Of a stretch of 55,054 nt of DNA, positions 16,458-30,200 are shown in pieces. The notes beneath the pieces are model-generated. The model had not been told where the DNA came from. It ran no database searches and worked only from the letters and a program-made list of their open reading frames with translations. Source of the DNA: a virus (Duplodnaviria; Caudoviricetes); IMG/VR virus record IMGVR_UViG_3300044846_002992, positions 1 to 55,054 of that record; one strand, 5' to 3'. Position 1 is the stretch's first letter; each line of letters starts with the position of its first letter. A program made the position numbers and the translations under genes.

Positions 16458-17254
16458 GCGAGCTTCCACACAACGCCCAAGTCCTAGGAAAAGGAGGAAC
16501 CTTCAAAGTGCCCGTTGGCGGCTTCCACGGCTGGATGCGCCTTGGCGATGATCCCTGGCAAGAAGATCACTGCTCTGGCGTGACGGCGGCGCTGGAGTTT
16601 GCATGCCCGATTGGCAGTGATGTCTGGAAGTTAAATCAGCCGGAAGTTGAGTCTGAAGTTGCGTCAACAAAACCAGAAGAGCGCGAAGGGGAAATCCCAT
16701 TGGCCGACCTCATTAACGCCTGTTGCCGGACTGATTTTGAAAATGATGAAGAAGCTAGGCGGGCAATACGAACAGAGCAATTCCAGCGCATGGAAAAACT
16801 GCTGTGGCCACGAAACCCAGGCAAAACAGTGAGTCCAATGCCCATCACGCCAGAAACCCACAAAGTGGAAGGCTACCCGCAATTGCCTCAGAATAGCTCA
16901 GGTGAGGCTTGCGCATCTCCAGAGGTGCCAAGCCTTCCAAATCCATTTGAAGCCCTTCAGAACGCTCCTGACGAAGAAGAAGACGTTTTGGAAGAAGCGC
17001 TCCGAATCACGAGTGGCGACAGGCAAAATCAATACGGCCCGCCAGATCAAGACTTCACCCGCACAGCAGCAATGTGGAGCGCTCTCTTCGGGCACAAGCT
17101 AAAGAGCCCCTTCGAGGCTCGTGACGTAGCGATGGCGATGATTTGCTTGAAGTTGTCCCGAGAAACTCATCAGAGAAAGCGCGACAACGCCGTTGACGGG
17201 GCTGGCTATTTCAGGTGCCTTCACCTATGCAATTTGAGCAAAAAACCGGAATGA
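16454..17254 (+). CDS. DUF6378-like (putative nucleotide diphosphohydrolase) domain protein
   Basis: C-terminal LEEALRITSGDRQNQYGPP..F..TAAMWS..MICLKLSR..DNAVDGAGY. Confidence 0.75.
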   Translation: MSELPHNAQVLGKGGTFKVPVGGFHGWMRLGDDPWQEDHCSGVTAALEFACPIGSDVWKLNQPEVESEVASTKPEEREGEIPLADLINACCRTDFENDEEARRAIRTEQFQRMEKLLWPRNPGKTVSPMPITPETHKVEGYPQLPQNSSGEACASPEVPSLPNPFEALQNAPDEEEDVLEEALRITSGDRQNQYGPPDQDFTRTAAMWSALFGHKLKSPFEARDVAMAMICLKLSRETHQRKRDNAVDGAGYFRCLHLCNLSKKPE

Positions 17255-17937
17255 GCAACAAAGCAGCGCAACGCGCAAAGCGTCTTCAGAAAGCCATTGA
17301 AATTGGAGAGCAATCCCTCAAGCGCCTCAATCTCGACCGAAACAACCCGAAGCTCGTGAGGCAGGCCGTAATGTCCATGAGGCTGTGTCACGCTCTCTCT
17401 CAGCCAATCAACGTGAAAATTAGCGAATCAATGGAGTGGTTCAAAGAGAGCGCCGAAATAGAAAAAGAGGCAGAAGTCGGAATTGGCATCCCAACCCCAT
17501 CAAAGGTGCTGTTTCTCGATGTGGACGGGGTTCTTAATCGCTGCGGAAAATCCAATCAGGGCCTGGAAACAGACAAAGTTGAACTGCTTGCTCAAATCGT
17601 TCGGGAAGCCAATCCTTCAATTGTCGTCTCTTCCACATGGCGAATTTTCGAGCATCAAATAAACAGGCTGAAAACAGTGCTGCAAAGCATTGAGGCCAAC
17701 TTCATTGGAACCACTCCATGGCATAATGGTAAAACTGAAGGGGGTCTCTACATAGCCAAGGCGCGAGGAAACGAAATCCAGGAATGGATGGACGAAAATG
17801 GAACTCCTGAGAAGTTTGTCATTCTTGATGATGATTCAGACATGCTCCACCTCAAGCCTCACCTAATCAAAACTGAGTCATTTGTGGGTCTCACGTCAGA
17901 AATCGCCAAATCGGTAATTGAGGCGCTGAACGCATAA
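17251..17937 (+). CDS. HAD-superfamily phosphatase (Swiss-army-knife RNA-repair HAD type)
   Basis: VLFLDVDGVLN, IVVSSTWR, RGNEIQEW and FVILDD; start at ATG 17251 (ATGA overlap). Confidence 0.85.
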   Translation: MSNKAAQRAKRLQKAIEIGEQSLKRLNLDRNNPKLVRQAVMSMRLCHALSQPINVKISESMEWFKESAEIEKEAEVGIGIPTPSKVLFLDVDGVLNRCGKSNQGLETDKVELLAQIVREANPSIVVSSTWRIFEHQINRLKTVLQSIEANFIGTTPWHNGKTEGGLYIAKARGNEIQEWMDENGTPEKFVILDDDSDMLHLKPHLIKTESFVGLTSEIAKSVIEALNA

Positions 17938-18012
17938 GCTCATGGACGCCGCCCCTAAATCTCCACATCGCCAGGGACGCTCCTCGGCGTTCCATGAAGC
18001 GACTTGTTCTGC
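17925..18012 (+). mobile_element. attC-like recombination site 4
   Basis: GCTGAAC ... tcatggacgccg / cggcgttccatga ... CGACTT GTTCTGC. Confidence 0.75.
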
Positions 18013-18199
18013 TCTTGTGGACTTCCTTATTGCAGAGACTTCCGAGGACGCTGTGTTTTGCTTCATCTCTGCAATCTCCTGCTTTGGAATCACGGATAGG
18101 GAAGACGCTATCGCCGCAATGGAGAAAGACCACGACACCCGCAACTGGGCTGTCATCACGGCAAACCTGATCCCCGAGCCTTATGTGCAGAACAGCTAG
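17942..18199 (+). CDS. cassette ORF 3, hypothetical protein
   Basis: ATG lies within the attC4 stem; the stop falls just after the inverse core of attC5. Confidence 0.55.
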   Translation: MDAAPKSPHRQGRSSAFHEATCSALVDFLIAETSEDAVFCFISAISCFGITDREDAIAAMEKDHDTRNWAVITANLIPEPYVQNS

Positions 18200-18238
18200 C
18201 TCATCCACTGCTAGGTCGGATGCGGCGACCTGTTCTAT
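18187..18238 (+). mobile_element. attC-like recombination site 5 (short)
   Basis: GCAGAAC (exact reverse complement of the attC4 core GTTCTGC) ... catcc / ggatg ... CGACCT GTTCTAT. Confidence 0.7.
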
Positions 18239-18267
18239 TGAGCGACAGCCGGGGAGGAGAGGTGTGG

Positions 18268-21200
18268 TCAGCGCCTCCACTGATTGTCCCAAATTTGGGC
18301 GCCTGTTTTGTTGACAAAACGCTTGTTCAAATCTTGCTGGAGTTCCCGCGGAGTGAATGGCATGCCTCCCAAAAGGAGAAGTCCCATATCCCGGACGGAA
18401 ACTTCATCAGGGGCGTTGCTGATCACCGTGAGAGGCTCCACGATATTCGCCACGCCGTCCATGACCAGAGAGTAGCGAGCCAGATCGTTCATCAGGGATG
18501 AAGTGGCGGTGTAGATGGCATTGTCCCATCCGCTACCATCACTGATGTCGGTGTTTTCCAAGGTGAAGCCAGCACGCTCAAAGTGAGCCGGGCTTCCTGG
18601 AATCAGAGGATCAACAACCTTGTTCATGGCGTATTGCCCAAATGCTCCACCGACCGCAGTGGAGGCCACAAGGCCAATGTTGCCATAGGGAACCTGCTTT
18701 AGAACCTCCATGCCCAATTCGACAGTGATCTGGTGCAGGTCCTGATTACTCTTAGACTCGTCAAACCCTCCAACTGAATCGGACCAGCCGATGGGACGCG
18801 TGCCACCCAGGGTTAGCGCAACCCACTTCATCATAGTGCGCTCGTCTGGGTTTTTCGGATCAATCCCGAAGAAGCTTGCATACAAATCCTCGCGCTCTTC
18901 CTCGTCCATTCCTGTGAGCATGCCGATTCCCTGTGCGATAAGGTATGACGCCACTTTGTATTTCACAAGGCGGAACAGGACGTTCTGAATGACATTCGAC
19001 GCAAGGAGGCGCTTGCCAACCGCGCGAGCCTGGGCATCTCCATTCATGATCATGCTGTAGGCTGCCATGCTGTTGCCAGCAACATGGACCTGGTGGTTCG
19101 AAAGCTGCATCGCGCCAAGCCTCAAGATCTCAGCCCCGATGGTCTCCCGTTGCTGGAACGCGCCAGCCTTCTTTGACTGGTCGGCGGTAGCGGCCATGTC
19201 TGCCACGTCCCGTTCGGAGCGGCGCAGGACAGAGGATGTGACCTCTTCCATGCTGAAGGAGGGCTCTAGGAACTCCTTGACTGTCAGTTTCGCGGGCATG
19301 CCAGCCGCCTCACGGGCAGCATTGATGTGCCTCACGACAGAATCTATGAAGATTGTATTGGCGATGGTCTTTTCCGCCCCGCCGATCACTGTCTGGACCA
19401 TGCGACTACCTGCCTCCATGGCAAGACTGCCAGCTCTCCCCACAGTGTCCGTCACGGGGGATAGGATGTTGGTGGCTCTTCCGGCAAGACGGCCCCGTGA
19501 ACGCATGCCTTTCGACGGGCGCACGTAGTTGATGTCGTCAAGGTAGTCGCGTTCGCCATTGGCCTTTCGAAGCTGCACGTTGATTCCAATCTCGGCGACG
19601 CGACGGTCAATGCGAGAAGCAAGGTTGTCAGGTAGCGCGGTTCCGGTCAAGGCGCGCAGAGGCGCTCCAAGGCCGTTCATGGCCCTGTGTAGTAAGTAGT
19701 CAGCGTAAAGAGCCATGTATCCCACGTTCTTGCCAACGCCTCCATGCACCATTGCGTAGGTGATGACTGCTGGCAGGGTTTGGGTATAGAGCTGGGAAAC
19801 AGAATTGAGAGCCTTCACGATGCCGAGCTGGTGAAGCTTCTGGACAAATCCCATCGCGCGATGCTTCGGTCCCTTGGAGGCCATCTCCTTGCGCAAGATT
19901 TGTTGCCCCATGTGGGCAATTGCGTTCGCTGCGTCAGTGAGCTGGTCTTCCTTGCCAGGAAGAAGAGTGGAGGCGTTCTCGTCGATGTAGCCATAGTCAT
20001 CAGTGCCCTTGGCCAAAACTCCATCGTGAATGTGGGTGGTGCCAACGGTGGCACGGAAAGCCTCGTAGGCCGGAGTGACGTTCTGCCTAAAGAGCATATC
20101 CTCCGCGATGCGCAGAGGCACCGTCAGGCCGTTGGTGTCGAGCATGTGCATCTCTCCGTGCTTCGGGTTGCGGACAGGCGACTGCATGAATGCAGCGCGT
20201 CCAAGCCCGAGCCGCTCATGGAGTGGAGCAATCTGCTCTGAGGTTGAGTGGGTCCTGCCGAAGGTTTGCCACATCATGGCCATTGGAGTTACTCCCTCCA
20301 TAAATTTGGTGTCCACACCGGAAAGTCTGGCTTGCTCGACATACGACTCACGCAGGTAGTTCAGGGTTTCGTTGACAAAAGTGCCCCATTGCAGAGAGCG
20401 TGGAGGCAGCGTGGCCTGCAGGCTCAGAAGCTCAGCATCTACATCAAAGCTGGACCCGGTGGTCATCCTGGCAAGGGGATCACGAAACGTCTTTTCAAGC
20501 TCTTGAACAATAACCCTCTGCTCAAGCAGGCGATAGGTCTCCTCGGTCATGTAGGCCTTCAGCTCGGAGGACTTCTGGCGAAGCTTCTCGATGCTCATGG
20601 AGAGAAGATCAGTCCTGGTGGTAGCTCCGGTAGTAGGAGGAAGCCCGGCAAGGATTGCCTCCTCAATACCATCCAGCGCCTGCAGGAACATCTTCTGCAT
20701 GGTCTTGACACGATCCTGAACCTTCGAGCCTGAAGGGCCAGATTGGATGTATCCACGCATCGCAAAGAACATATATCCAAGAGACGACTCCCACAGAACG
20801 TCAGGCCTGCTGGACGCCCTGGTAAAGGCGCGCTTGAAGCGACCACCAAAAATTTTGTTCATCTTGCGGTTGAACAACTTGGATACCTCATTGAGTTGAG
20901 CGCGATGATTATTGATGCCAGTCTTACCAGCAGGACCGTAGGACAGCACGCCAATCATGTCCTCGGCAGACTCAATGGCTGCAAACTTCTTGGCGAACAA
21001 CTTCCTCATGGCTCCGTCATGGTTCATCAGCATGGAAAACACGCCACCCTCAGCAAACGGCTTTTCTTTTTCCGTCCAGATGCGGGATGGAAGATAGCCA
21101 GACTCGATCAGAGCGGCAGACTGATTACTGCCAATCTGGGCCTCAGCAAGGTTGGCAACGACGTCAATCTTGCGAACAGTGCTGATTGTTGGGCTGCCCA

Positions 21201-24200
21201 TCTCACGCATCAGGGCTTCAGCCTGCACCTGCACCGAGCCGGAAAGCATATTGCCCTTCAGGGCCGCGATGATAGAAGCAATGCGAAGCTCCGTCGAAGA
21301 GCGGACAGACGCTTTTGGATCGAAGGCCCCAAGCTCTGCAGCAGTGTTTCCAATACGAGATGTGGCGCGATGGAAGCCAAGAATCGGATTGAGCGAGACC
21401 ATGTAGGCAGAAGCGTCGCGCTTCGACTGTGGATCAATGTGCGCCGCAGTGCGGAGGTTGGCGGAGCCATCAGCATTGACCTTGAGTGGAGCCCGTGGAG
21501 CGGCTGGCTTGGAGTCCACCGGACCAATCTGGTTATCCACAACGTGGTAAGGCTCACCAGTGAGTATGGTCATGGTATCAGCCACAATCTCGGCCTGTTC
21601 GTCAGCCGTGCGGGCCGCGACGTGGTTTGCAGCAAATTTGTCCAGAAGGCTGGAGTTGGCGATGTTCCTAGTATAGTTCTCCTCCCAAACCTGGGCTCTC
21701 CAGAGATGGTCACGGCGAAGGGCCTCAACGTCGTCTGCAGCTCCGAAGTAACGAAGCTGGCTCGGAAGATCCATGCCGCGTGGGGCGAACACCTTCTGTT
21801 TGCGCCTGATATATTTCTGCTCTTCGCGGAGGGCGTCCGAAAGAAGCCTCTCGGCCTTGCCGCGTTTATGGCGCTCGCGCTCCTGAAGGATGTTACGGGA
21901 CAGACTGAGTGCAATCTGGCGCTTGGTATTGGTGCTTAAGCCTTGAACGGCGGCGTGATTGGCTGACTCCATCTCGCTCAGAGTGCGGAACACGTCCATT
22001 ACCAAGGCGTTGGGAGTGTCTGGAGTGTTGTCCACGCGTGCCTCCCGGTCAGAGAGGCGCTGGGCCAGAATGCTCGTAAGCGCTTGCGCCTGCTGCTCAA
22101 ACGGGAACACGGACGCATGGATGGATGCCGCGATTGCCTGACGCTTCTCATCAGGAGACATCGTCTTGCTGATCAGGGCACTCACAATTTGGGGAAGCGC
22201 TTCATCAGGGATTTGGATTTCCCTATTCGGCTCCACACCGGAGAACTCCAGCGAGCTCAGGCCATTGGATGGGTCGTATGTCGCCAAGCCTTCCGCGGCC
22301 TCTAGGGCGGCAGCGGCTTCTGCGGTGCGCCTCACGCCAGTTGTGGTGGACATGCGGGTGGCGTGCGCCTGGATGCTTGCAATGGAAGCCAGGGCGTCAT
22401 CCAGAGAGTCCAACGCGTTGTTGCCCATGCGGAGCTCTGTAGACATCAGGCGCATTCCCATGCGCTCACCAACGAAGGTTGTGTAGGCATCGACAACTTG
22501 GTTGAACTTGCTTCTGGCCCTGCCCATCGCCATCACCGCGCGGAACAACGACTCATTTGCAGACTCCTTGGTTGCAAGGTTTTCAGCAGCCTCGCCTGCG
22601 GCTCGGGCGGCTTGCGCCTCCTGATGAAGGCGTTTGAAATTGGCTTCAGCCTTGGACAGCAGCTTGGAAACGCGGCGAGACTCGGCGGCGATTGCGGCCT
22701 GTTTCGACTCGATAATGACAGGGGTTCGGGTCAGGCCATTGCCGGGACTGGTTGCTGCAATCCTGTCACGCAGGGCATCCACTCCAAAAGCCTTGGCAAG
22801 CTGGGATAAGCTGGTCTCAATTTGCACGTCGGTCATGACGTGAGGAGCCTTCCCTCCGTTCATGACGGCGACGTAAGCATCAAACGCGGTCTCGTCTTTG
22901 ACGCTTGGGTTGCGCTGGTAGGTAATAGAGTTCGCCGCCCATTCATCAGCAGCAACACGCTGCCTGCTCTGACGGGCCTTGTAACGGCCTCTGGCTTCGT
23001 TCAGGCGGGTCTCAAGGACGTTCAGACGCTCCATGTCGGCCTTGCGACGCGCGGACTCAGCACGGGGATTCTGGATGGCAGGAGACGCAATCCTGGACAG
23101 CACTCGGGCATTAACCCTCGGGGCTTGCACGAGACGCAGGGAACGAAGCAGATCGCCACTCCGAGACTCAAATTGCTCGATCACAGAGTTGGTCATTGCA
23201 TCCACCAGCTCGCTGGCACCATCGAAGTGGGACTTAAGGAGAGGGCCCGCATCAGCCCAGTGGCCTTCTGCGATGGTCAGGTATTTCCCGCGGCCTAACA
23301 CCTCGCGAAACTGCTCCATATCACGAGCCGCCAACAAGTCCTTCCTGACCTCGTCCAGCTCGCTGATGGCATCAGAGACCACCTTAGCCTCAGCCATTGC
23401 GTTCGCGGCGGAAGTCTCCATCTCCGCGATTTCGCGCATGGCCTTGTTCGCCTCGCGCCTGATCATCGTCTGCTGCCAGGTGAGGCTGTCCACCTCCTGC
23501 TCGACTGGCTGAATGTCAAGATGACTGAAGCCATGGTTGGCCACTTGATGGAACAGCTCCTCTTGCGCCTTCCTAAAGACCTCCCCAGTCGAAAGGGCGC
23601 TACCAGTGGCGAGACCAGGCACAGTCAGGACATACACTCCGTTTTCATCAATGGTCCACTTTGTTGGAAAAGTGGCAGGCTTTTGAATGGGCTGGCGAAA
23701 AAGCTTTGCCCCTTTCACGGCGGCATCGTGAGCTGCTGTTTTCTTGAGCCTGTATCCGACGATGCGCGAGTAGGGAAGTCCAGTGATCATACCGGCCTTG
23801 TCCCACTGATCGCGACCACGCTCATCTTGCCCAATTCGCATCTCAATTCTCACGGGCTCCACCTCATCTCCCGTGTATTCCCTGCCAGTTTTGTCAACAA
23901 AAATAGGCCTGCCTTGGGCGTCGTGCTTCTGAAGCTTGCGCATCACAACACGGCCCTGTTCCTGACGCTCCCGCTTGATCTGCGGGAGGTTGGCGGCAAT
24001 CTCCAAACGGGCCTTGCCCCAGGCGTTCGTGACTTCGACGGCACCGTCGGCCTGCGCAATTGGGAATGCTCCCTTCTTGAGCCTGCCTTCATACCAGTTT
24101 TGCCCGGAGCCTCCCATCTGCGAAAACGACCACTGCTTGTAATGAGCGGCGACGTCCTCCTGCCATTCCGTGGTAAACGGAACGACGCTCAGGAAGTAGC

Positions 24201-27200
24201 TGCGCAGGCGCTCTGCGGCCTCTCCAGACATGGCGAGGAGCGACTCCACCGAAGGCGAGGCGATGCCAGCGCCGTTCCAGCCACCGCGGTCACTTTGGTC
24301 TCCCAAAATCCAATCGCGTAAGTCACCATCGGGAAGAGCCGCCAGCATCTGCCGGGCCTCGAAAGAAGTAAGCTTGGTTTCGCGGTTGGTACCAACAAGA
24401 GCCCCAAGGCCACGCGGAGCCTTGGCGTGCTTCTCATCCACAAATGGATTGCTCTGGTCCGCAGAATCCCACGATGGATTCACATTATCCAGGACAGAAT
24501 GCAGCAGACTGTTGGCCCACTCAGCGCGGATGGACATCACCGGAGTGCCGGATGGCGTTCCCACAATGGACATGCGGCGCTGATAACCTTCCTCAGTCTC
24601 ACCGTCAGTGACAACCTCCTCAGCAAACTCATTGGCAAGCGCGTCAAACTCCTCGTCTCCAAACTGAACATTCTCCATGCCCTTGCCGCGGTCAGCAAGG
24701 CTTCTTGAAATACGTTCCTCGGTCTCGATAAACTTGTCGTAACCAGGGAAGCGTGCGTCATCAATAAGCTCGCCACGGGCCGCTACAGCCTCAGGACGGA
24801 TGGGGCCGATGCCAAGCGGCATCACATTCATGGAAAGTGACAAGGCAAGCTTGGCGTCGTTATTGGTCATCGCCAGCGCAATGACGCCAGCGGCGCTCTC
24901 GGGAGAAAGACGTCCAGCCATCGAAATTGAGACAGAAGGATCAAACCACGGGGCAGCAGGATGGTTTCCGATATTGCGGGCGGCGGCAATAGCCGAGCGC
25001 TTTGCCTTCTCGGTCTCGCGGGCTGCAACAAGGTAGATTTTAGCGTCCTCCTCCTCAGTGATGGTCTTTCCGACCAGTTCGTAATCAGATTCCAGACGTT
25101 CACGGATGGCCTGCGCCAAGGAGTCGGGGTTGTTGCGAGGGCCGCGAATGGCTTCCGTGATTCGCCTGGCTTCTTTCACCACATCAACAGCCCCATTTTC
25201 ATGCAGCCAAACCAGCATGGCCTCAAGAGCGGCCACGGAGTCTTCAGGCGTCACTTGGACAGCGGAGCCGTATGGGAACGCCAAGACGGGAGCCTGCTTG
25301 TCAGGAATGAACAGGACGGTTGGAATACGGGCACCAGTTTCTTGAGTAACAAGCCCCTGCATGCCCATCTTTTCAAGCTGGGTATTGTCAATTTTGTCTG
25401 TTGCGCCACGAACCTCTTCGGACTTGTGGCGGTCCTGGCGACGATCATCACGCAGCAACAACTCGCGCTGGGCTGGAGCGCCAGTGCGTCTGGCAACACC
25501 ATCGCCAGCAACAACGCTGCCTCGATCCTGAGAACTAGTCCAGGGCACGTCACCGTCGATCACCGCGATGTTCCTGATCATCATTGCAACCGCGCTCACA
25601 ACGTGCCCGCTGGCCTGGTCGTCGCCACCATGGAAAGCGGCGGGATTGATTGGCATTGTAGCACTTGCGTAGAACTGGACATGCCCGCCACGCTCGCGCA
25701 GAGCCTCAATGGTGGCAGCCGCTTCAGGGTGGGATGCCTGAAGATTGGCAAGCGCACCGTCGAAAGTGTTTCGTTCACCCCGAGAATCAAACAGGTTCTT
25801 TCCAAAACGTGTGATCAGCCCGCGTTGTTTATGCTCTTCGTGACCCTGGGCAAGTCTGAACATGATTTCATTATCGAGCGCGTCAGTGTCATATCCTTCA
25901 CCAAGCGCGAAGCGTGGGTCATTGACGAAGGAGTAGACGTGCTCGCGGTTGCCTCCAAGCAGGGCGCTGAGGGCCCTTGCGCGCCAGCGGCCAAGGGACA
26001 CGGCCTGCATGGCCTCACGGTTCTGCTCGGCCCGAACACGCTCTGCGGTCAAGTCGCCCTCTTCCATCCGACTGGCTGTATCACGGTCTGCGGAGGTTGT
26101 AGCGTAGTAGTTGCCGACAGCCTCATCGTTCTCTGGGTCAACGCCATGACGCAAAAGCGCGGCCCTTTCCAGGGAGATGCTCTCGAACTGCTTCATCAGC
26201 TCAACTGGCTCGTCTGGACGAATCAGGGAAATCATTACTGAATTCTGCAATGGGCCAAACTCCGCATCCTTGGGTCGCGCGGCTTCCTGCGTCGATTGAG
26301 CCCGGACATCAATCTCAAACTCGATTTTGCTCATCTCGTCAGGATCTACAGGGAACTCGGCCCTGCGGCTGGCGGAGCGGCGCATGCTGTCGCGCCTGTC
26401 GTTGGCCTGTCTGATGGCTGACTTGTAGATGGTATTGACCAAGGAGACTCCATTGTAGAGTTCCCAGGCACGGAAAGTCAGATTGGTCGGGCGCTCTGCA
26501 AGCGCCTTGGCTTGAGCAGCAAAGACTGAAGCCTGCTCAATACCAGCCAGCAGACGGTCGTATGCGCCACGGGATTTCTTGAGGCGGTCGCGAAGAGGCA
26601 CGCCATCAATCACAAGGTCTTTTGTTGACGCAAGAAACTGAACCAGCCTGGGCGCGAGAATGGAGTTGGCAAGTCCAGCGGGCGTGAGGCCGTCACGATG
26701 ACTCAAGAGCGGATGCGTCTGATCTGCAGAGACGTCGTGCATCGTTGATACAAACTGGGCGGCAGCGCTCACCAAGTCATCAAGGAACCCGGAGTCGAGC
26801 ATCTTCGCCAGGTTCTCTTCGGGGCCAACTTCGAAATTGATTTCGCCGCTTGGGTCTGCAAGAAGCGCAAGATCGGGAGGGGTGATGATCAGCTCTGGAG
26901 CGAACGGGGAGCGATTGTAGGTATCGACCGCAGTGATAGGTAGGGAGAATCCAGCCGAGTTTACGGCCTGCGTATTGACGCCCGGATGACCGCGCCAAGC
27001 GGCCTCCGTCAGCGACTCATAAAGCTTGCGAGTGATAGCGATGGCATTACCCTTCATCACGCTATTGCGCTCTGACGAGTCCATCTTCTCTCCGATGTCA
27101 TTGATGGACGCGCGGGAGAAGGGATCGGGATTGACACCAAGGATCTCGAACGAGCCATCCACGCCAGACATGACGTCATTTGCAACAGCCTCAACCACGA

Positions 27201-30200
27201 CACTCATCATGCTCTCGGGCTGTGACTTCATCTTGCCGCCTTGCATTCCGACAGCAATGTCATAGGACGAGCCTTCACCAGAGCTGATGGTCATGGTGCC
27301 ATACGGGGAATCAATCTGGAAGCTTGTCAAAAATCCAGTTGTTGGAATGAGCGGGTTGGCAGAGTCGGCCATATCGCCACCAGAGAATGCAATCGGGCCG
27401 ATATGCACTGGCATCAGGTCAATCTTTGCTGAGTGCCTGAAGTCGAGTCCACTCCATGAGGTTGACGGGGCCCACAGGGAGCGCGGAGTGTCGCCGCCCA
27501 TGGTGATGTATGCCAGCTCTGCTCTGAAATTACGCAGGCGAGCGATGGCGTCATGAGATCCGGCAGCAGACGCAAGGGCGCTGATGGTCCTGCTGGCTGC
27601 AGTGGGGTCTTTCAGAGAGTCGTTGATCAAGGATCCGGCACGAGACGGGTCGCGCATGAAGAGATCAAGAAGTCCGTCCAGGCCATTGATTGAACTAACA
27701 GCATTAACTCTGGCCATTGCCAGATCAAAACGCTTGGCCTCGATCTGACGCACCAAACTCTGTAGTGCTTTGATATGAGGAGTGTCGGAGGTGGACTTGA
27801 GGATTGGCTGCAGGAGCGCGTTGACGTCGGCCAGTCGGTCATCAACCAGCTTTTCAGCAGCGAGGTAGGCCTCACGACTCAGCGAAAACTCGGCCATGTC
27901 CTTCTTGAACTGGTCAAGAGCCTCTGTCACCGCAGCACTGGCAACAGCTTGTTCCGCCCGGATGGCATCCAGCGCTGCTTCGAGCTCATCTGGAGATAGG
28001 TCTGGATCGACGCTGGTGTCGGTGAGCTTGTCAACCAGTTCACGCGATACGGAGAGAGCTCTGTCTACCGCTCCAGCACTTGGGGCGACTGGCTCGGCCA
28101 TCATGGAGAAGGCCTTCTTTGCGTCCTGGTGGGCCGTCAGGGCTTTCGAAAGAGCGATGTCGCCAGTGGATGCCCGCTTCAGCAGGGAGGCCTCCAGCTC
28201 GTCAATAGAGGCCACAATCTCACCTACGGCAGAGTCACGACTGAAGATGGTGCCGTTGATGGCAGCAATCAAATCGGCAGCAGGCATTCCAGCCTCGCTC
28301 TCAATAGCCAACTCGATTTGTTGACGCAAGTTGGCCGTGTTTGAGACAACCGCGTCAACCAGCTTGGTCACGGGACGGTCATTCTCGTCGCGTGCGTCAC
28401 GCCGGGAGCGCTGCAGGCCGAAAAGCGGCTCGCCAAGATTACGAAGGCGGAGGAGCGAGGACAGGTCGCGCTCTGCTTCCACGAGGCGCTCAATAAACTC
28501 AGGGCGTCCGTTGTCGTTCAAAACTTCAAGGGCCTCGGAGAGCTCCGCATCATTGATCCCTGGAGCTGGCTCAAGACGACCGCCCACAAGGGACACCGGC
28601 ATCAGATCGGGATCGCCGGAGGCGGCGCGCATCCGACCAATCACACCGCGGACAGATGCCTGAGCCGCAGACACACGAGCGCCAGCGCGAGCAAACTTAT
28701 GAATGCCGCGCAAAGTCACAACCTGTTGCCTGGAGGCCTCGTTGCCAACTCCCTGCACATCAGGAGAAAGAAATCCCTGCTCGCTCACCACTTTGTTGAG
28801 GCGTTCAAGCATGATGCCAATTTCGTTCGGGAGGCCATTGGCCACGCGATGCGCCTCAAGCATGTTCTTCACGGCGCGGACGAGACGGTTAGCCATCTCG
28901 CGCAAGCGCTGCAGAAAGCCCCGTGAGCCCTCAGTGGCGTTGTCGGCGTAGTAGCCAAAGTCAGCCAGCACAGAGCCGCTGGTCTTGCCTGAAACAAGCC
29001 TCTGACGGAACTGTGCCATCCACTCGTGAGAGGATGCAACAAGCTCTTCGAAAGAGATACCCCTCACTGCCTCATCGACAGAATTGAACGGAGTCGCACC
29101 GAATCCAGCGCGACGCCAGTTGATGGCAGTAAGCCACGACTTTGCCAGACGTGGATTAGACAAAGACTGGTTGGTCAGATTTTCGGCCAAATCCATCATC
29201 TCGTCGTCCGTGAACTCGGAGACGCTGGCAATGTGGACGAGCTCTTCGTATACAATCTGGGCCAAATACTCGGCGAAGTCCTGAACCGCATAGTATTGCC
29301 CAACCTTGTTGCTTGGGGCGATGCGGTTGTATTTGCTGGCCAGCGAACGTGCCACGTTCTCTGGATTCACCTCGATCATCAGCGTGCCATCAGCAGATGG
29401 ATTTACCTGCATGGTAACGTCTGGATCATCGGTCCAGGTGACATGCTTAGCCGCAAACTCGTCAGAAACCAGCGACCCAACCTGCGCCAAAACCATCTCT
29501 TTTGTCAACGCAATGACCTCCGGGGAAACGGTGCCTTTACCTGCGGTGATTGATTCCACGATTGTGGCGGCAATCTTCTCGGCCTTCTCGGTGATGTGCC
29601 TGCGAGGAGTGTAGCGACTGATTGCCGAGAACACCTTGGAACCAAACGTGTTGGCATCAAACTGACCGGAAGTTCCGACCTGTGAAGTCACCTCGGCCAG
29701 GTCGTAGCGGATACGCCCGTCTTTACCAACCTCACGATTCACGACGATGTGCGCGCTCTCAACCTTGTTGTCCTTGTTGACGCCGAGCACCAAACCTCCC
29801 ACCTCAGCAGTGACATCCAGATCTCCTTCAGCGCCGGAATACATGACAGAGCGTCCCGAGTCCTTGCCGTGCTTCTTGCTGGCAGTCAGGAGCTTGGACT
29901 TGTCAGAGGACGAGAGCACGACAGAGGCGTCTGTGGCGACGGTTGCCACTGGGGCAGTGGTGGCGGTCTTGAGACCTCCTTTTGCAGCGGCGCGCTCACG
30001 ACGTAGACGAGCAAACCTCTCCTCGATGGTCTCATTGGCTGGAGGAGCCTCTGCTGGAGGGGTTGCCTCCACGGCGGGCTCGGGCTCTGGAGCCGCCTCC
30101 ACCTCTGGGGCAGAAGCGGGCTCCGACTCTTGTGTTACAGGTTCCGGCATTTGCCCTTCGGCTTGCCCTTGCCCTTCGATTTCGTCTTCATCGGGTTGTG

